A stretch of DNA of 64,000 nt from assembly GCF_037042905.1 (NCBI RefSeq), contig NC_087250.1:5520001-5584000 (forward strand). The letters are read 5' to 3'. Of the stretch, positions 13,900 to 27,337 are shown piece after piece. The notes under the pieces are model-generated. The model made no database searches and was not told the origin of the DNA. It saw only the letters and a list, made by a program, of their open reading frames with translations. A program made the translations under genes and the position numbers. Numbering within the stretch: position 1 is the first letter of the stretch; each line of letters begins with the position of its first letter. This DNA is from Lytechinus pictus. Lineage: Eukaryota.

Positions 13900-14320
13900 A
13901 ATTATTTATAAATAATGAAAAACAAATAATCATTATTTATGAATAATGAAAAACAAATAATCATTATTTGTAAATAATGAAAAACAAATAATCATTATTT
14001 ATAAATAATGAAAAACAAATAATCATTATTTGTAAATAATGAAAAACAAATAATCATTATTTATAAATAATGAAAAACAAATAATCATTATTTATAAATA
14101 ATGAAAAACAAATAATAATTATTTGTAAATAATGAAAAACAAATAATCATTATTTATAAATAATGAAAAACAAATAATCATTATTTATAAATAATGAAAA
14201 ACAAATAATCATTATTTGTAAATAATGAAAAACAAATAATCATTATTTATAAATAATGAAAAACAAATAATCATTATTTATAAATAATGAAAAACAAATA
14301 ATCATTATTTATAAATAATG
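13900..14320. repeat. 31-bp minisatellite in the right arm (reverse complement of the left array)
   Basis: Repeated TGAAAAACAAATAATCATTATTTATAAATAA. Confidence 0.9.
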
Positions 14321-15380
14321 GAATGTCGAACTATTATTATTTACAAATAATGAAGTATTACTTGGAATTATATATAAATAATTAGAAATGATATTTTATA
14401 TAATAGTAGTTATTTACAAATAAAATGTAAATTATATATAAATAATAGTTATTATTTAATAAATAATGATTATATAACAAATAATTGTTCTATATAATAT
14501 TGGTACATTCGGCGCCTCATACCAATTCGGACTTTTGTGAGGTGCGAAATTGTCAAAATAAATTGATATACATGAATTTGTATTATGCAATGTTTGGTTT
14601 GGGTTTTATTCACCGTATAAATATCACAACAAAATACATAATACAAGATGTTACGATTAAATACATGAATAATTTAGAAGACACGAATGGATCACTAAAT
14701 TCAGAGCCATTTATATAATGGGTCTGTTCTTCCTAGAGGTCAAATGACGGTTAGCGCTCTATTTTAAGGGATGTGCAATGAATTCATTCTAAGGGGTGCA
14801 CCACTATATTTTAATTTTTACAGGGTGTGCTCGCATCTTCCACCACTCCCTTGGCCCACGCCTGGCGACTATACCAAAAGTTGTGTGTCTTTATTTATTT
14901 ATCATGTTTATGACAAAGGATCTGAGAACGATGTAAATATGCCCAATGGATAATTCTACTCATGTTAGCAGAGGCAGTATACAGAATCATATGGCAATCT
15001 GCATAATCGAATGTAGGATGCCCCCCCCCCCCCCCACTGCATGTGCAACAAAAAAAGGTTTGACAAGAGTAAGAAAGAAGGGACGACCAAAAGAAAGATA
15101 TAGGACAAGAGAAAGAAGTAATGAAAGAGCTTGTAAATAAAGTAAAGTAAAGTAAAGTAAGAATAGGAAATACGTTCAGGTCAGTATAAGACTAATAGAA
15201 AAGTCCATTAGTGATCCGTGCTCGCATTGGCTACTCAATGTGATGCATAATCATGATGCATAACAAGAATTCATTCCGTATTTTAGATATCCTTTTTCCA
15301 ATTCTAAATAAAAAAACGACCTGAGGTCGCAGATTATTTTGTATAGCGAACTACGGATTACATACACACATTTTTTTTTT

Positions 15381-15810
15381 AATGCGTCTTTCTGAGGTCT
15401 ACATGTAGACAAATTATCAGACCGGGCTCCTGAACATTTGAGTAGTGTGTTGCGTTTTCTTTTTTTTTATTCCTATAAACCATCCTAAAAAATATTATTT
15501 CAGGTCAAACTATTCAATATTTCATCTCACGTCTCGCGCTCTCGTTAATTGTCTAGACAAATGTGCATCATTCAAGGTAAAAAATGGTTCTTTAAAATGC
15601 GTCTTTCTGAGGTCTACATGTAGACAAATTATCAGACCGGGCTCCTGAACATTTTAGTAGTGTGTTGCGTTTTCTCTTTTTTTAAATTCCTATAAACCGT
15701 CCTAAAAATTATCATTTCAGGTCAAGCTATTACATATTTCATCTCACGTCTCACGCTCTCGTTAATTGTCTAGACAAATGTGCATCATTTAAGGTAACAA
15801 ATGGTTCTTA
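15381..15810. repeat. Local tandem duplication, 2 x ~215 bp
   Basis: aatgcgtctttctgaggtctacatgtagacaaattatcagaccgggctcc at 15381 and 15596. Confidence 0.85.
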
Positions 15811-16036
15811 CAATTTGCTCATTTACGTATAATAATTAAAAAAAAACACTGTTTGGTGCTCAAATTATTTATTTAGTGAACTATGTATGTATTCATCATT
15901 TTATTAAATATCGCTTAAACCTCTCAGCATTTCAGTGAGATAAGCCCACAAAAAATAACTTCCCGCTGGGAGCTCCAATTATTTATTTAAGAAGTACATC
16001 TTCTATAGATGTGTTTCTTTTCCAATATTATCTTAC

Positions 16037-16213
16037 CATAGCATAAAGGAATTGTTGGAATAAAAATTCCGTCACTGCACTTAGATGAAGAGCTCTCTGA
16101 TCGTCCATTCGAGAAGTCGGTATCGCATGTAACTGTAATGATTTTATCGTGATGAATCAACGTACTGTTTGAAGACGTAGTTGAATTCGGTATACTCGGT
16201 TGATCACATGAGG
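16037..16213 (-). CDS. Sushi/CCP exon 7 (absent from ORF track)
   Basis: tactgtAG|...|GTaaga; 177 nt, phase 1-1; manual translation ASCDQPSIPNST...VTCDTDFSNGRSESSSSKCSDGIFIPTIPLCY. Confidence 0.88.
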
Positions 16214-16470
16214 CTACAGTATGTAAGAAAACGCAATCAGAAACCAGAGAAATGAAATATTGATGACAAGAAGGCTGGCGGAAATAAGCCTGCTTTTAGA
16301 AATTTGGCTCGGAGTTGGACCACTACATGTATTTTTTTAAATTCAAAATGCATGGTCTCTCTTTCTAGGGACTGAAAATCCCAAATTCATTTCACTCAAA
16401 AATATCTTGTGAGGAAAATACAGACGTCATCTTAATTTCTTTGGACAAGGATTTGGATTGGCATGATTAA

Positions 16471-17053
16471 AGGTAAAGTCTATCCCAGAAAATGATGATT
16501 TGAATAAATAGATAAAAGTTCAACAAGCAAAACGCTAAAAATTTCATCAAAATCGGATGTAAAATAAGAAAGTTATGACATTATAAAGTTTCGCTTATTT
16601 TTTACAAAACAGTGACATGCAAATAAGACAGTCGATGATGTCCATCACTCGCTATTTATTTGTTTTTTATTGTTTGAATTCTACAATATTTCATTTTTTA
16701 CAGATTTGACAATAAGGACCAACTTGACTGAACCATATAGTATTAAAACAATGCTAATTCCACATGTTCAGGGTGGAATTAATCTTTTTTTCACTTGACA
16801 ATGAGGAGGAAATTAGAATATTTCATATTTCATATAATGAAATATAAATGAAATAGTGAGTGGATGACGTAATCAGTCTCCTCATTTGCATACTGACCAG
16901 GATGTACAAATAACTGTTTTGTGAAATTATGCAAAACTTTAAAATGTGATAGCTTTCTTATTTTACATCCGATTTTGATGAAATTTTCAGTGTTATGCTT
17001 GTTGGATTTTCTCTTTTATTCAATTCAACTAATGGTTGGGGTGGACTTGTCCT
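16471..17053. mobile_element. Kolobok-like MITE, family A
   Basis: TTAA|AGGTAAAGTCTA ... GTGGACTTGTCCT|TTAA. Confidence 0.75.
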
Positions 17054-17668
17054 TTAAAGAGCATGTTGCCTTTCAGCTCATATCTCGGTGTAAGAGTGGC
17101 ATGGCTGTACAGGGGCTGTAGAACAGAGGTTGAAAGTGGTGGGGGAGGAGCTAAAAGTGTTGGCTGACCATCCAAAAAAAAATGCTAATCAGGTGGTCAT
17201 TTATTACGCTTTTGGACACGGTATTAGAAAATGAACATGATTTAAAACGAGTTCACGTCACCTTGATACTTAATTTTGATTGGCTTCTTATAACCTATAT
17301 GTGAAGTGAAAAATAACGACAATTTTCACTATATAAAGTTGTGTTAGGTGTTACTTTAAGATTGAGCTGATTGAACCTTATTTCATGCTCCTCAGTGTGC
17401 ATGAAATCCTGAAAATAACATCAACATAAAAAAAAAGGAAAGTTAAAATTCCTATTAAGAAGTTAACAAAAATGACAAAGAAAATTGTGAATCCAATTTT
17501 TTCAAAAGGGTATAGGTCCTCTCCAGTTTGTTTGCAAAAGAGGCTAGATCTACAAAGGTTATTTTGTGGGGAAAATATTTTTAATAATGTGAAGACAAGC
17601 ACATTTCTTTTATACCCAATCCTATGTTTGTATGGGAGTTTTTCATAACAATTTAGTTTTACGCTCAC

Positions 17669-17845
17669 CGTAGCAAAATAAAACCGGTGGTTCGAGGGTT
17701 CCTTCCTTGCATACAGCCGACATGCTTTGTGATTCGCCATTTGAATATCCCTCATTGCATGTCACAGTAATCGTTTCTCCATGGTGGATTAAGGGAGTAG
17801 GGGACGTCGCGTTTGAAGCTCGAACTGTCGGCCTGTTACACTGTG
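17669..17845 (-). CDS. Sushi/CCP exon 6
   Basis: catttcAG|...|GTgagc; 177 nt, phase 1-1; AQCNRPTVRASN...VTCNEGYSNG...VCKEGTLEPPVLFCY. Confidence 0.88.
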
Positions 17846-18539
17846 CTGAAATGTAGGAAAAACAAGGCATTTTTATTGTTCTATGAAATTTGATTTATTT
17901 GATTAAATAATTTAGGATACAGCAAGGTATACAGTTGTCTACATTCCAAATATTCCATGCCCAAGCAAGATGAAAATATGGACAAAGACGGCAGATAAAA
18001 CAACTAACTATTGGGTATTTCTACCAAGTAATCATGTCAAAATTACCTGTGCTGCTTGAAGCAAGATACCTCACTATTTGTAGGTGTTTTTAGAGTTACA
18101 ACTTTAGCAGTAGGCCTATAATTTTTTGTGAACTTCATGTATTTTAAGTTGGACAAAGTAATGTGGTTCCTTTTCTGTCTCTTATAAAGTTGCTTAGGCT
18201 GCTAAAAAGCCAATGATCACCACCCGTATTACTTGCAATCAAACGTTGAAAAAAATGGAATTTTACACAGCAGATGCAGAAATTAATATTCGTATACACT
18301 ATATTAGAGAGAGTTACATGATATCGAAACAATCTAAACGTGGAGGGAGAATGGCCAATGGTTAAAGAACGGATATTGCAGAGAAGAGGGATGGCCCCAA
18401 AAGAGGAGTAATTAATGTTATCTATTTATTATAGGCGTATTTCGGGGGAAAAATAATCCAGCTTTATCCCGATTGCTGGAGAATTGTCAACCGGTGTAAT
18501 CATCTTTAGCAACAGTAATCTCATGAATTGCTACGTTAC

Positions 18540-18716
18540 CTAAACATTGAGGATGCTCAGGGGGAGATAATACGCCTTCAGAACAAGTCACGTCTGTTGT
18601 CCGGCTTGTTCCAGTCGAATACCCGTAGTCGCATGTGATCCGCAAAGTTTCACCATGGGGCAACGTGTGACCCGATGTAGAATCAGAATTCGGAACTGAT
18701 TTGAACCAACACTGGG
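18540..18716 (-). CDS. Sushi/CCP exon 5
   Basis: gtatccAG|...|GTaacg; 177 nt, phase 1-1; AQCWFKSVPNSD...ITCDYGYSTG...VTCSEGVLSPPEHPQCL. Confidence 0.88.
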
Positions 18717-19163
18717 CTGGATACAGAATAATAGACATACCCCAACAATTTCAATCAAATGATCATGTTATAGAAGCACTGCAAAATCTGGAACCCCCTC
18801 TACACTACTTTGTTATTTCATACTGCTCATAACTGATAAATAAAGATGAAACTCATTTTTATAATCAAACATTTCACTACATGACATTCCCGACCTTTCG
18901 TTTGAGGACGCGCACGCTTATTTACGACGGTAGTTGATTTTGGAAGAGACTTTTTGGGCCCGTCATCATGGTCGTAAAACTCTGTCCTGCAATGCAAATT
19001 GTGTGACATGAGATTATTTTTTTCGTTTCGCATCTGCGACGGAAACATTCAATATGCGTTTCGTGTGCAAAATTCTGGTTGCTACTATGGTAACAGCGAT
19101 ATATCCGATTGAGGACGACTTTCCAAAGCCACATTTGACTCCTCCTAGAGCTCGAGAGGCCGC

Positions 19164-19462
19164 CCGGGGGGCCCACTTCCATTGATTAGTGGATACCAGG
19201 AGCGAACACACGTAAAAGGGGACAGAGTGGGCAGGTACGTTACTTATAGGCCTATGTAACGTAATAAGGGTGTCAAAACGATGTTTAAAATGCTGAAAAA
19301 AAAGGGATATATATCCAATACTTGTAGGGTTTCACAGCCAAATACTTGTTAAGAGATGCATTTTCATAATCTGGAAAAGAATTGCTTCCCTTGTTTAGGG
19401 TCCTTTTCGAAACCTCATGGTCGTGCCTGGTATCCACTCATCAATGGAAGTGGTCCCCCCGG
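19164..19462. mobile_element. MITE with ~37-bp TIRs (a related end also at ~1430)
   Basis: CCGGGGGGCCCACTTCCATTGATTAGTGGATACCAGG ... CCTGGTATCCACTCATCAATGGAAGTGGTCCCCCCGG. Confidence 0.7.
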
Positions 19463-20855
19463 AATTTGAATCTAATCCCCCATTTCTGGGGAAAGTAAAA
19501 CATAATGCCCATTACATCGTGTGCGAGAGGCATATCGTTTGTGTAGAAGGAGTAAACAAAAGAAACAAAAGAAACAAAAGAAACGAGTTCAAACGTATTG
19601 CATATGCTGTGCACATATCAACGCGTGCGAAATTTTCGGCTGGAGAGGTTGATCTGACCCATGAAATCAATTGCCAGTGATCCACCAATAATCCACATTA
19701 AATGTAATATCGATTCGATGGACTGTAATGATCTATATCTAAGCCTTCATTCAGTAAGTTTTTCCTCACTCAATATGTACTCAATTTGTTTGAAAAACCA
19801 ATTTCTTATCCATGTCATAATATATTTTAGGTCCTGCATTTCGAATATCTCCAGCCATCAGTCGTAATATACATGCATGTATGGTGGGTGTCGCGGAAAA
19901 GGATTTTGCACACGAAAAGCAGATCTGTAGGGCCTGTAACCCCCCTGTAACACAAAGCTTAGCATTGATTGTAGAGCAGTTTTCTACGTTTGATTCTATT
20001 GACTATAATGCACAATCAATCTTAAAAATCAAGTGTATGATTAAGCGTTAACTTTTGTGTTAGGGGACCCTAATATTAGCGTCCGTGAGGATTGCGAAAG
20101 GTCCCAAATCTTTCAGGGACGTCGATCCATTTTTCAGATGGGGGGGGGGGGAATCATAAATCAACATTCCAAAGGCACTCTATCACATAAAACAAACTCT
20201 CCCCCTCTCTCACTTACACACACACACACCCTCACACACACACACACACACACAGCTGTTGTACATTTATAAATATATAGGGAAAACCAAATCGTTTTCT
20301 ATTGTACTCAACCATCTTGTTTAATTCATAACCCCCTCTTTTGTTGTTATCTTACTGTTATCATTCTGTTTTGCACCTTTTGTTACCCTTTATTTACTTT
20401 GTTGTTATTACAATTTTAAAATCATAATTTTGTATTATACTATAGATTTAAGAACCAAATTTTATTCTGTATTTGGTTAATTTGCCAATGTCTGTGTAAC
20501 TTTATAGTTTTATTTTCTGTTTGCACCTACTGAGAAAGTGGGGGCAAAACGATTTGCTTGCCCCTCAATATTTATGTTTGCGGGGCAATCCCCCCCCCCC
20601 CCGGATCGACGCCTCTGGAATCTGAGTAAAAGAAGGGCGTATACAAATTTATATAAGAGCACATCTAACGCATTCTACATTAAGTATACTAAGCATTATT
20701 CCTCAGGCAAGGTATGCGTTGACTATTGGAAATTAACATCAAGATTCACAATATCGTATTGGCGGAATGCACAATAAGAACAAAAACCTAGGAATATCAG
20801 CATCTTCAATTAAGGGATTACCAACTATAAATGATTATGCATTTTCATCACTAAC

Positions 20856-21032
20856 CTTTGCAGGTCGGTTCGGAGTCACTCCAAATCCCATCATTACAGG
20901 TGATTTTAATCGGACCGACTAAGGTGAAGTTTGCATTGCATTCGTACAGCAGTTGATGACCGTTGGTATATGGTGGACCTTCTCCAAAAACATTCCCGTT
21001 ATCAATGCTTTCGCTGACCAATGGACAGTTGG
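20856..21032 (-). CDS. Sushi/CCP exon 4
   Basis: ctctacAG|...|GTtagt; 177 nt, phase 1-1; canonical CCP ANCPLVSESIDNG...YECNANFTLVGPIKITCNDGIWSDSEPTCK. Confidence 0.92.
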
Positions 21033-22172
21033 CTGTAGAGCATAGGATTGGGAATAATTCATTTCGAGAAATACAAATGAAATTATCTGCTCTCTTTGTC
21101 AATGACAAAGCTTTATTGTTTCATTCCGTTACCTGTTTCATTTAATTTGCTATAATAAAATAGGCTGCATTATACACCAAGGGGGCCTTTTAAAAATTCT
21201 AGGTTTTTTTTTTTCAAATTTGTAGCTTTGTTTAAGAAAATGAGGACTGGAAACCTAAATTTACCTTCTATGACGTATTTGTCCACATATTGTGTGTACT
21301 TTTACGAAGTTGTTTTGTTTATTCCTAAAATTTATTATGTTGATTGTGAAGGTGGAAAATTGACATATCTCAATTTAATCACAGTTGAATACTGAGTAGG
21401 GAAGTTAGTCTTAAGTGGCTTGCAACATGAACTCTCGTAATCCCGTCACGGCGCGCTATCACATTTAGAGTACTTTCGTAAAAAACACGTACTCTAATCT
21501 ACAGAATATAACGTCTACACTTTGTTATTTTGAACGCCAATAAATCACGAAAAGTCGCCGTTCTGCAATGCGTGACATGCGTGACTTCAATGCGTGACTT
21601 CAATTTTTACGATTTTTCTGTAATTGCAAGTGCTTGTTAGCAAGATTAACCATGACGTCAGAAGGCAAAATGCACTCGCACACTGATTGCAATTTATGTG
21701 TTAAACAGAACATGCAAGTCCGAAAGTGTCATCCTTTCAAAAAAACTTTTTCCTATTCATTTCAATTTCCAAAAGTAATAACCTATGAAGCAGCTTAATC
21801 CGTAATCATAACCTGCCATTCGTTTTCGGTAAGTTTTTGCACTTGCATAAAAACGAGAGAAATTCTGGCGGTTCTTAGATTCGATTCACAAAATCACCTC
21901 TGCCCGGCGGTCACCCGTATATACCGTGCGAGGGTGTTGGTCTGCTCTCGATGACAATTTACATTTACTTTGTGAACGTAACGTGATAATTCGTATTTGC
22001 TTGTAGCAGTTCACCGAATTGTTGGGCCACATAACCCAACTTTTCGTAGAATAGGGGTATGTTTTTTGGAATTTTGTTTACGACGAATGTACCAATAGCG
22101 TGATCGCACGCCGTGACGTGATTACGTGAGTTAACGTAACAAGTTGTCCTTAATTTACAAGAGAACAATCAC

Positions 22173-22346
22173 CGTAGCAAAATGTAATTTCTGTTGGATC
22201 AAATACCCCATTACGACACGTGATAAGTGAGGGTCCTCCTATAGTAAAATTTTCGTGGCAATCGAAAGTAATCACTTGGCCATCTGTGACGGTGTTGGTA
22301 TCAGGAACAATGATACCATCCTCAATGTTAGGAGTGATACAACCCG
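22173..22346 (-). CDS. Sushi/CCP exon 3
   Basis: ttattttcAG|...|GTgatt; 174 nt, phase 1-1; AGCITPNIEDG...FDCHENFTIGGPSLITCRNGVFDPTEITFCY. Confidence 0.9.
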
Positions 22347-23194
22347 CTGAAAATAAGTAAAAGAACAAACAATATTGATACAGAAAACGTTCATTAGTAG
22401 GTGGTAGTCAAATGAAATAACGATAACATTTGTACCAACATTAACAACATTTTTACTGTTTTTTAATCAGGCAAAACTCTGGATAGTTTCAGTTTAGTTT
22501 ATTTTCATTTCAACTCAAACCAATTTAACAGTAAAAGAAATAATTACAAAGATATAAATGAATATACAAATATATACAGTATGACAATATGACACAGATA
22601 AATACATATTTACAAAAGACACTAAACAATATGATGATTATATCAATAATGATATTTACAATGAACTAGATATTCATGATAATAATTACTGTAGAATATT
22701 CATGATAAAGCATTTTGCATATAACTTCTTTTATTCATCTTTACTATTTAAATAAATGTTGAGGAAATGGAGGGATCTTATTAAAAGCAGGGCTTGTTGA
22801 GTGTGGATTCCTCAATAAACTACCGAGGGAAGATTTGAAAATAACATCTAAAAAAGAAAAGTGAAGGGATCACTGTGGATGATAACGGATTGACCTAGTA
22901 CTGAATTCAGCATCTGGATATTTGATCCGAGCTTTCGCATCCACAACAATGGAACGTTACGCGTTAGATCTGCGATCCCTGTGCAAAATTTTTGTTGCTA
23001 CTATGGTAACAGCCATCTCCGATTTGGGGTGATTTTATTTTTTGCATGCGTGGAACTCGTCGTAGAGCTCGACAGCGCCTCTGTTATATGGAAACGATGG
23101 TCAGTCGAGTCGCCTGCATTAATAGGTTTTATATTCTTACACTCTGTACAGGAAACCTATGCCCAAAAATGATATTTTTTTTCCATTCAAACAA

Positions 23195-23608
23195 TATGTG
23201 ACCTACCACCCCCAAACCACCAATAAGTCGCGAGGTAAGGTTCTCTATAATAAATAGCCGAAATAGTAATTTAGTCTCCAAAAACCAACAATAAAAAAAA
23301 ATTGAATTAAAGAAAAGATACAAGAGTTTCTTGGACACTACTTTTTCGGACTGCTCAGTTTCACTGAGATTAAACAGTACACACATCTCATGCTTGAGTG
23401 AGCCCCAAACCATAAACTTTTCTTCCTATTTTTTGAGCAATTGCTGAATTTCCTTTGCTTCAATCAAGTGCTTGTAATGGTTATTGTTGGTCAATTTTAA
23501 CACATTACATATCCTTTTAAAGCTTAAAAAATAATTTCCATGCTAAAAAAAAAATCTCAATTTTCATTTGGGTCGACTAATTGTTGGTTTGGGGTGGCAG
23601 GTCACATA
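23195..23608. mobile_element. MITE
   Basis: TATGTGACCTACCACCCCCAAACC ... GGTTTGGGGTGGCAGGTCACATA terminal inverted repeats. Confidence 0.65.
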
Positions 23609-24592
23609 TTTCCTCAGAATATAGTTATATAATGGATTCAGGTTTTGAAAATCAATAGAATCTAGTAATCCTCACCAATTCTGTTCAGTTTCCGAACACT
23701 GTTCGAATATTTAGAAATCACCCCCCCCCCCCCCAATTTGGGAGGAATTAGAATATAATAACCACATTGCACATGGCTTTTACATGATGTGTGTAGGAGG
23801 AGGCAAATGACAAGAGAGAGAACAAATTCAGACGGAATTTAAAGGCATTAGCTAACTTTAATTTGACTTTTAAATAATCTGAGCTGCGAGGTCCCATCTG
23901 TCACCTGTGTCTGTGATATGTTAAAAAAATATGCCTAGAAAACTTGCGTCCAAAAATCATAATTTAGTGCTTCCAAAAAGTTAAATATAAGGTGACTGGA
24001 AACACAAACTTAATTTTATCCCATGCACGTATGTGTTCTAATATTATCGACGCGATAGGAATTACACAAAATCTGCGATTATAACGTGTCAAAAACTTTT
24101 AATTGTTTTTAGATTGTTCTTAGGGTCTGATGTTGCCATCATAAAATGATGAAAAGTGGTCCGTGACTGCCACGTAAAAACCATAATTACATGAAAAGTA
24201 CTAAATTTTACATCAAGCTAATTAAACATGAATTAACACTATTCTTAAATCTGTCCGTTTTGGGAGCTAAAGGGTATGTGTTGGCAGGAAGTGAATTGCA
24301 CAGCCGAGCCGCCCTTGGAATGTATGAAGATTGATGAAAAGAAGTATTTTACTTTGGGACAGTGACTTTGTAGGGGTGGGCAACTGCTTTCTCTCATATT
24401 GATTTTTTTTTTTGGGGGGGGGGTTGGTCTTAAAGTTTTAAGGTTGAAATAAAAACCTACATATTTCATCCCTTCTTTTTTTATTGCATGGCTACAATGT
24501 TAAATTATGTCTTTAAGCTATGAAGATCAACACAAGCGTCACCTTGCCTTAACCATTTCGCAAATTGTGCAAAGTAAGTAATTCGTCTAATG

Positions 24593-24962
24593 TCAATTGC
24601 CATCTCTTTTACTATCACTTGGTCTAGCATCAGTTCGTCCACTCACCATATGGTCTACTTTCATTTAGTCTAATGCCATTCCGTCTATAACCAGTTGGTC
24701 CAATAGTCATTTAGTCTGTATACCATTTGGTCGAACTAAAGTGTTAATTGTGCTAAATGAAGGGGGGAAATGGGTATAAGGCCAACTGGTTATTAGACAA
24801 AATGGTAATAGACGAACTTGTGATTAGACGAAGTGATGATTGGGCCAAATGGTTATTGGACCAAATGGTAGTTAGTGTTGATGGACGGAATGGCATTAGA
24901 CTAAATGAAGGTAGTTCATATGGTGAGTGGACGAGTTGGCAATGGAAGGATTGGCAATTTAC
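24593..24962. mobile_element. Palindromic MITE built from ~20-bp 'ttagac' units
   Basis: ccactcaccatatg...catttagtctaatgccattccgtc is inverse to gacggaatggcattagactaaatg...catatggtgagtgg. Confidence 0.6.
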
Positions 24963-26136
24963 CCTTTCAAGTACGACTGCTCAACTGAGCAACCCCGTGA
25001 GTGAAATTATTTTTCCACACGATTTCTGGACCCCGATATGAATATTCATGACTTGCTTCATCGGAATCAGAGTACGCATGCGCGTGGAATACTAAATGGT
25101 GTACTAAATTTCCGGTACCCTTCTACTAGGCCTTAGGCTTAGATCTATATCTAGATCCATTTCATAAATACTTATCGAATTGCCATAAATGACAAGACAA
25201 AATGCTATGCAAGGCTGTGGCTAAGCGTAGGCGAGGGCATTAACTTTCTCTCATTAGTTTAACATAAGTAAACGTAAAGTTCGGAATTAAAAATGAATAC
25301 CAGTTGTGGTAACAAAATAAAAAAGAGTTCGAACAGAATTCAATGAAATTACATGTACCACCAAAGTGTTTGTATGGATAGAAATATTCGCCAAATAGCT
25401 CTGAAAGAAAATGCGTGAAAGTGCTGATAAAGGTGATAAGGTGTGCGGGTCTGCTGATAAGGTCTGCAAGCGTAACTTACACGTCAGAATGAGTCATGGC
25501 TGCTACCAAGATGGTCGACGTGATGTCGCAGCTAACCCCCAAAACCTGTATAGTGTTATCAAACTATTTCGAACTGGTCTGTTTTTGCCTCCAAACTGAC
25601 TATTGAAATAGCTAAACAAAATATTCATAACAAATTACATGATCTAATGGCTTTGTAGCTTTTGGAATTCCCAAACTGCATAACTATTGCTTATTTTCGT
25701 CCATAATGGTGCAAAACAATGATTTAAACGAGACATAAAAATGTTTACCATATACGTATCCACACAATCAAGTATATTATATTTTCGTTCCTTTCTTCAT
25801 AATAATGTTACTCTGATGAAATTCGACCATTATAAGCTACAATGTCCCCACCTTGTTTTGTAAATATGCATGCAATGATGTAATGATTATGAGTGTGATA
25901 TAGTTTTCATCATCATCTATATAATCGATATATAGGCCTAATTATAAGAATTATCTCGTCATCGATAGTCCTTCATGGTGGGGTTTTGCGCTCAGCAGCC
26001 CTACCCCCCGGCTCTACCCCTCTGGATCCTGGCGACAGTATTAACTGATGCATGGTATTTATCCATTACGTACCTTATTTGTTAATTCTAGATAAAATAA
26101 ATAATAAGGAATGATATTTTATTAGAATAAATGGAC

Positions 26137-26570
26137 ATTAGACCAAGTGTGAATTAGACCAAATAGAAATTAGACCGAGTGACGATTATCCCAACTGGGC
26201 ATTAGTCCAATTGGCGATTAGAGCAAGTGTGAATTAGACCATTTGGCTATTAGGCCAAGTGGTCATTAGACCAATTGGATATATGACCAAATGGAAAATT
26301 AGACCAAGTGGTAATTACCCGAAGTTGAAATTAGACCAAGTGGTGTTAGACCAACTGGAAATTAGAATTGATGGTTTTAGCCAAACTGCTCATTAGACGA
26401 ATTGGATATTAGACCAAGTGGGGAATTAGACGAATTGGATATTAGACCAAGTGAGAATTAGACGAATTGGATATTAGCCAAACTGGTTGTAGACGAAATG
26501 AGTTTAGACTATGTGAAGTCGGACGAACTTATAAGTAGACCAAGCGGTATTAGACCATCCGATAATTCAC
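26137..26570. repeat. Degenerate ~20-bp tandem repeat (ATTAGACCAAGTGG-like)
   Basis: attagacc/attagacg recurs about every 20 nt; motif resembles the 24.6-kb MITE. Confidence 0.75.
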
Positions 26571-27148
26571 CCTAAAATGGACATTAAATTTCAAATTGTT
26601 TTGCATTGTTAGGATTTTATACTGAGGTGGTGATGATTATCAGATTAATTTTTTTTTCAAAACCTGAATTCGTTATAAACCTTCATTTGAATGAATGTTT
26701 ACATAGCAATTAAAAATGCATCTTAATTTCAAAAATATATTATCAAAATATCAAAATGTTTTCGCAAAAAATCTGAAGAATGGGCATAGAGAAAAAATGG
26801 GTCTTGTCACTTTTTTTCAGTCATTGCAAAGCAACCTGGAGTTCTTTTAAAGGTTACACACTTACCCTTGAATCAACACACACAATTCCACCCGAATCTT
26901 GCATATATTGCAAAAAGTTGTTGTAAATAAAGAATGACGTTCACGACCACAACTTGTTTCAAGCGAACATATTGAATGTATGGAATACGCAATGGCATAC
27001 CTCTTAAGATTCAACATTGATATATTCACGGTTATATAATATTTTTTTATTTTTTATCCATTTGTAATAAGAAAGGGAACATGAAATTTTCATTTACTGT
27101 CAACTAGCACCAATTTTTTTATTCAAATCAAAACTTTCTCCTATTTAC

Positions 27149-27337
27149 CATTGCACGTTGGAGGTGTCGGTGGATTCCACGATCCTCCTAACTCACATAC
27201 TGCCTCCGATGGCCCAACTAGGGTGTAGTTTTCGTTACAAGAGTAGTAGACCTTGTCGGTATAGTCAAAAATAGGTTTATCTGGATACATGCTCCCATGC
27301 TCTGGGATGCCCGTTGTATTGCATTGTGTCACTTGAT
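27149..27337 (-). CDS. Sushi/CCP exon 2
   Basis: ctctttcAG|...|GTaaat; 189 nt, phase 1-1; QCNTTGIPEHG...YYSCNENYTLVGPSEAVCELGGSWNPPTPPTCN. Confidence 0.92.

Larger units (their letters stand above)
10677..14521. mobile_element. 3.85-kb palindromic non-autonomous DNA transposon with IS3EU-like ends
   Basis: TATGAGGCGCCGAATG...CATTCGGCGCCTCATA termini; 6-bp TSD CCAATT at 10671-10676 and 14522-14527; arms complementary to a centre at ~12552. Confidence 0.85.
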
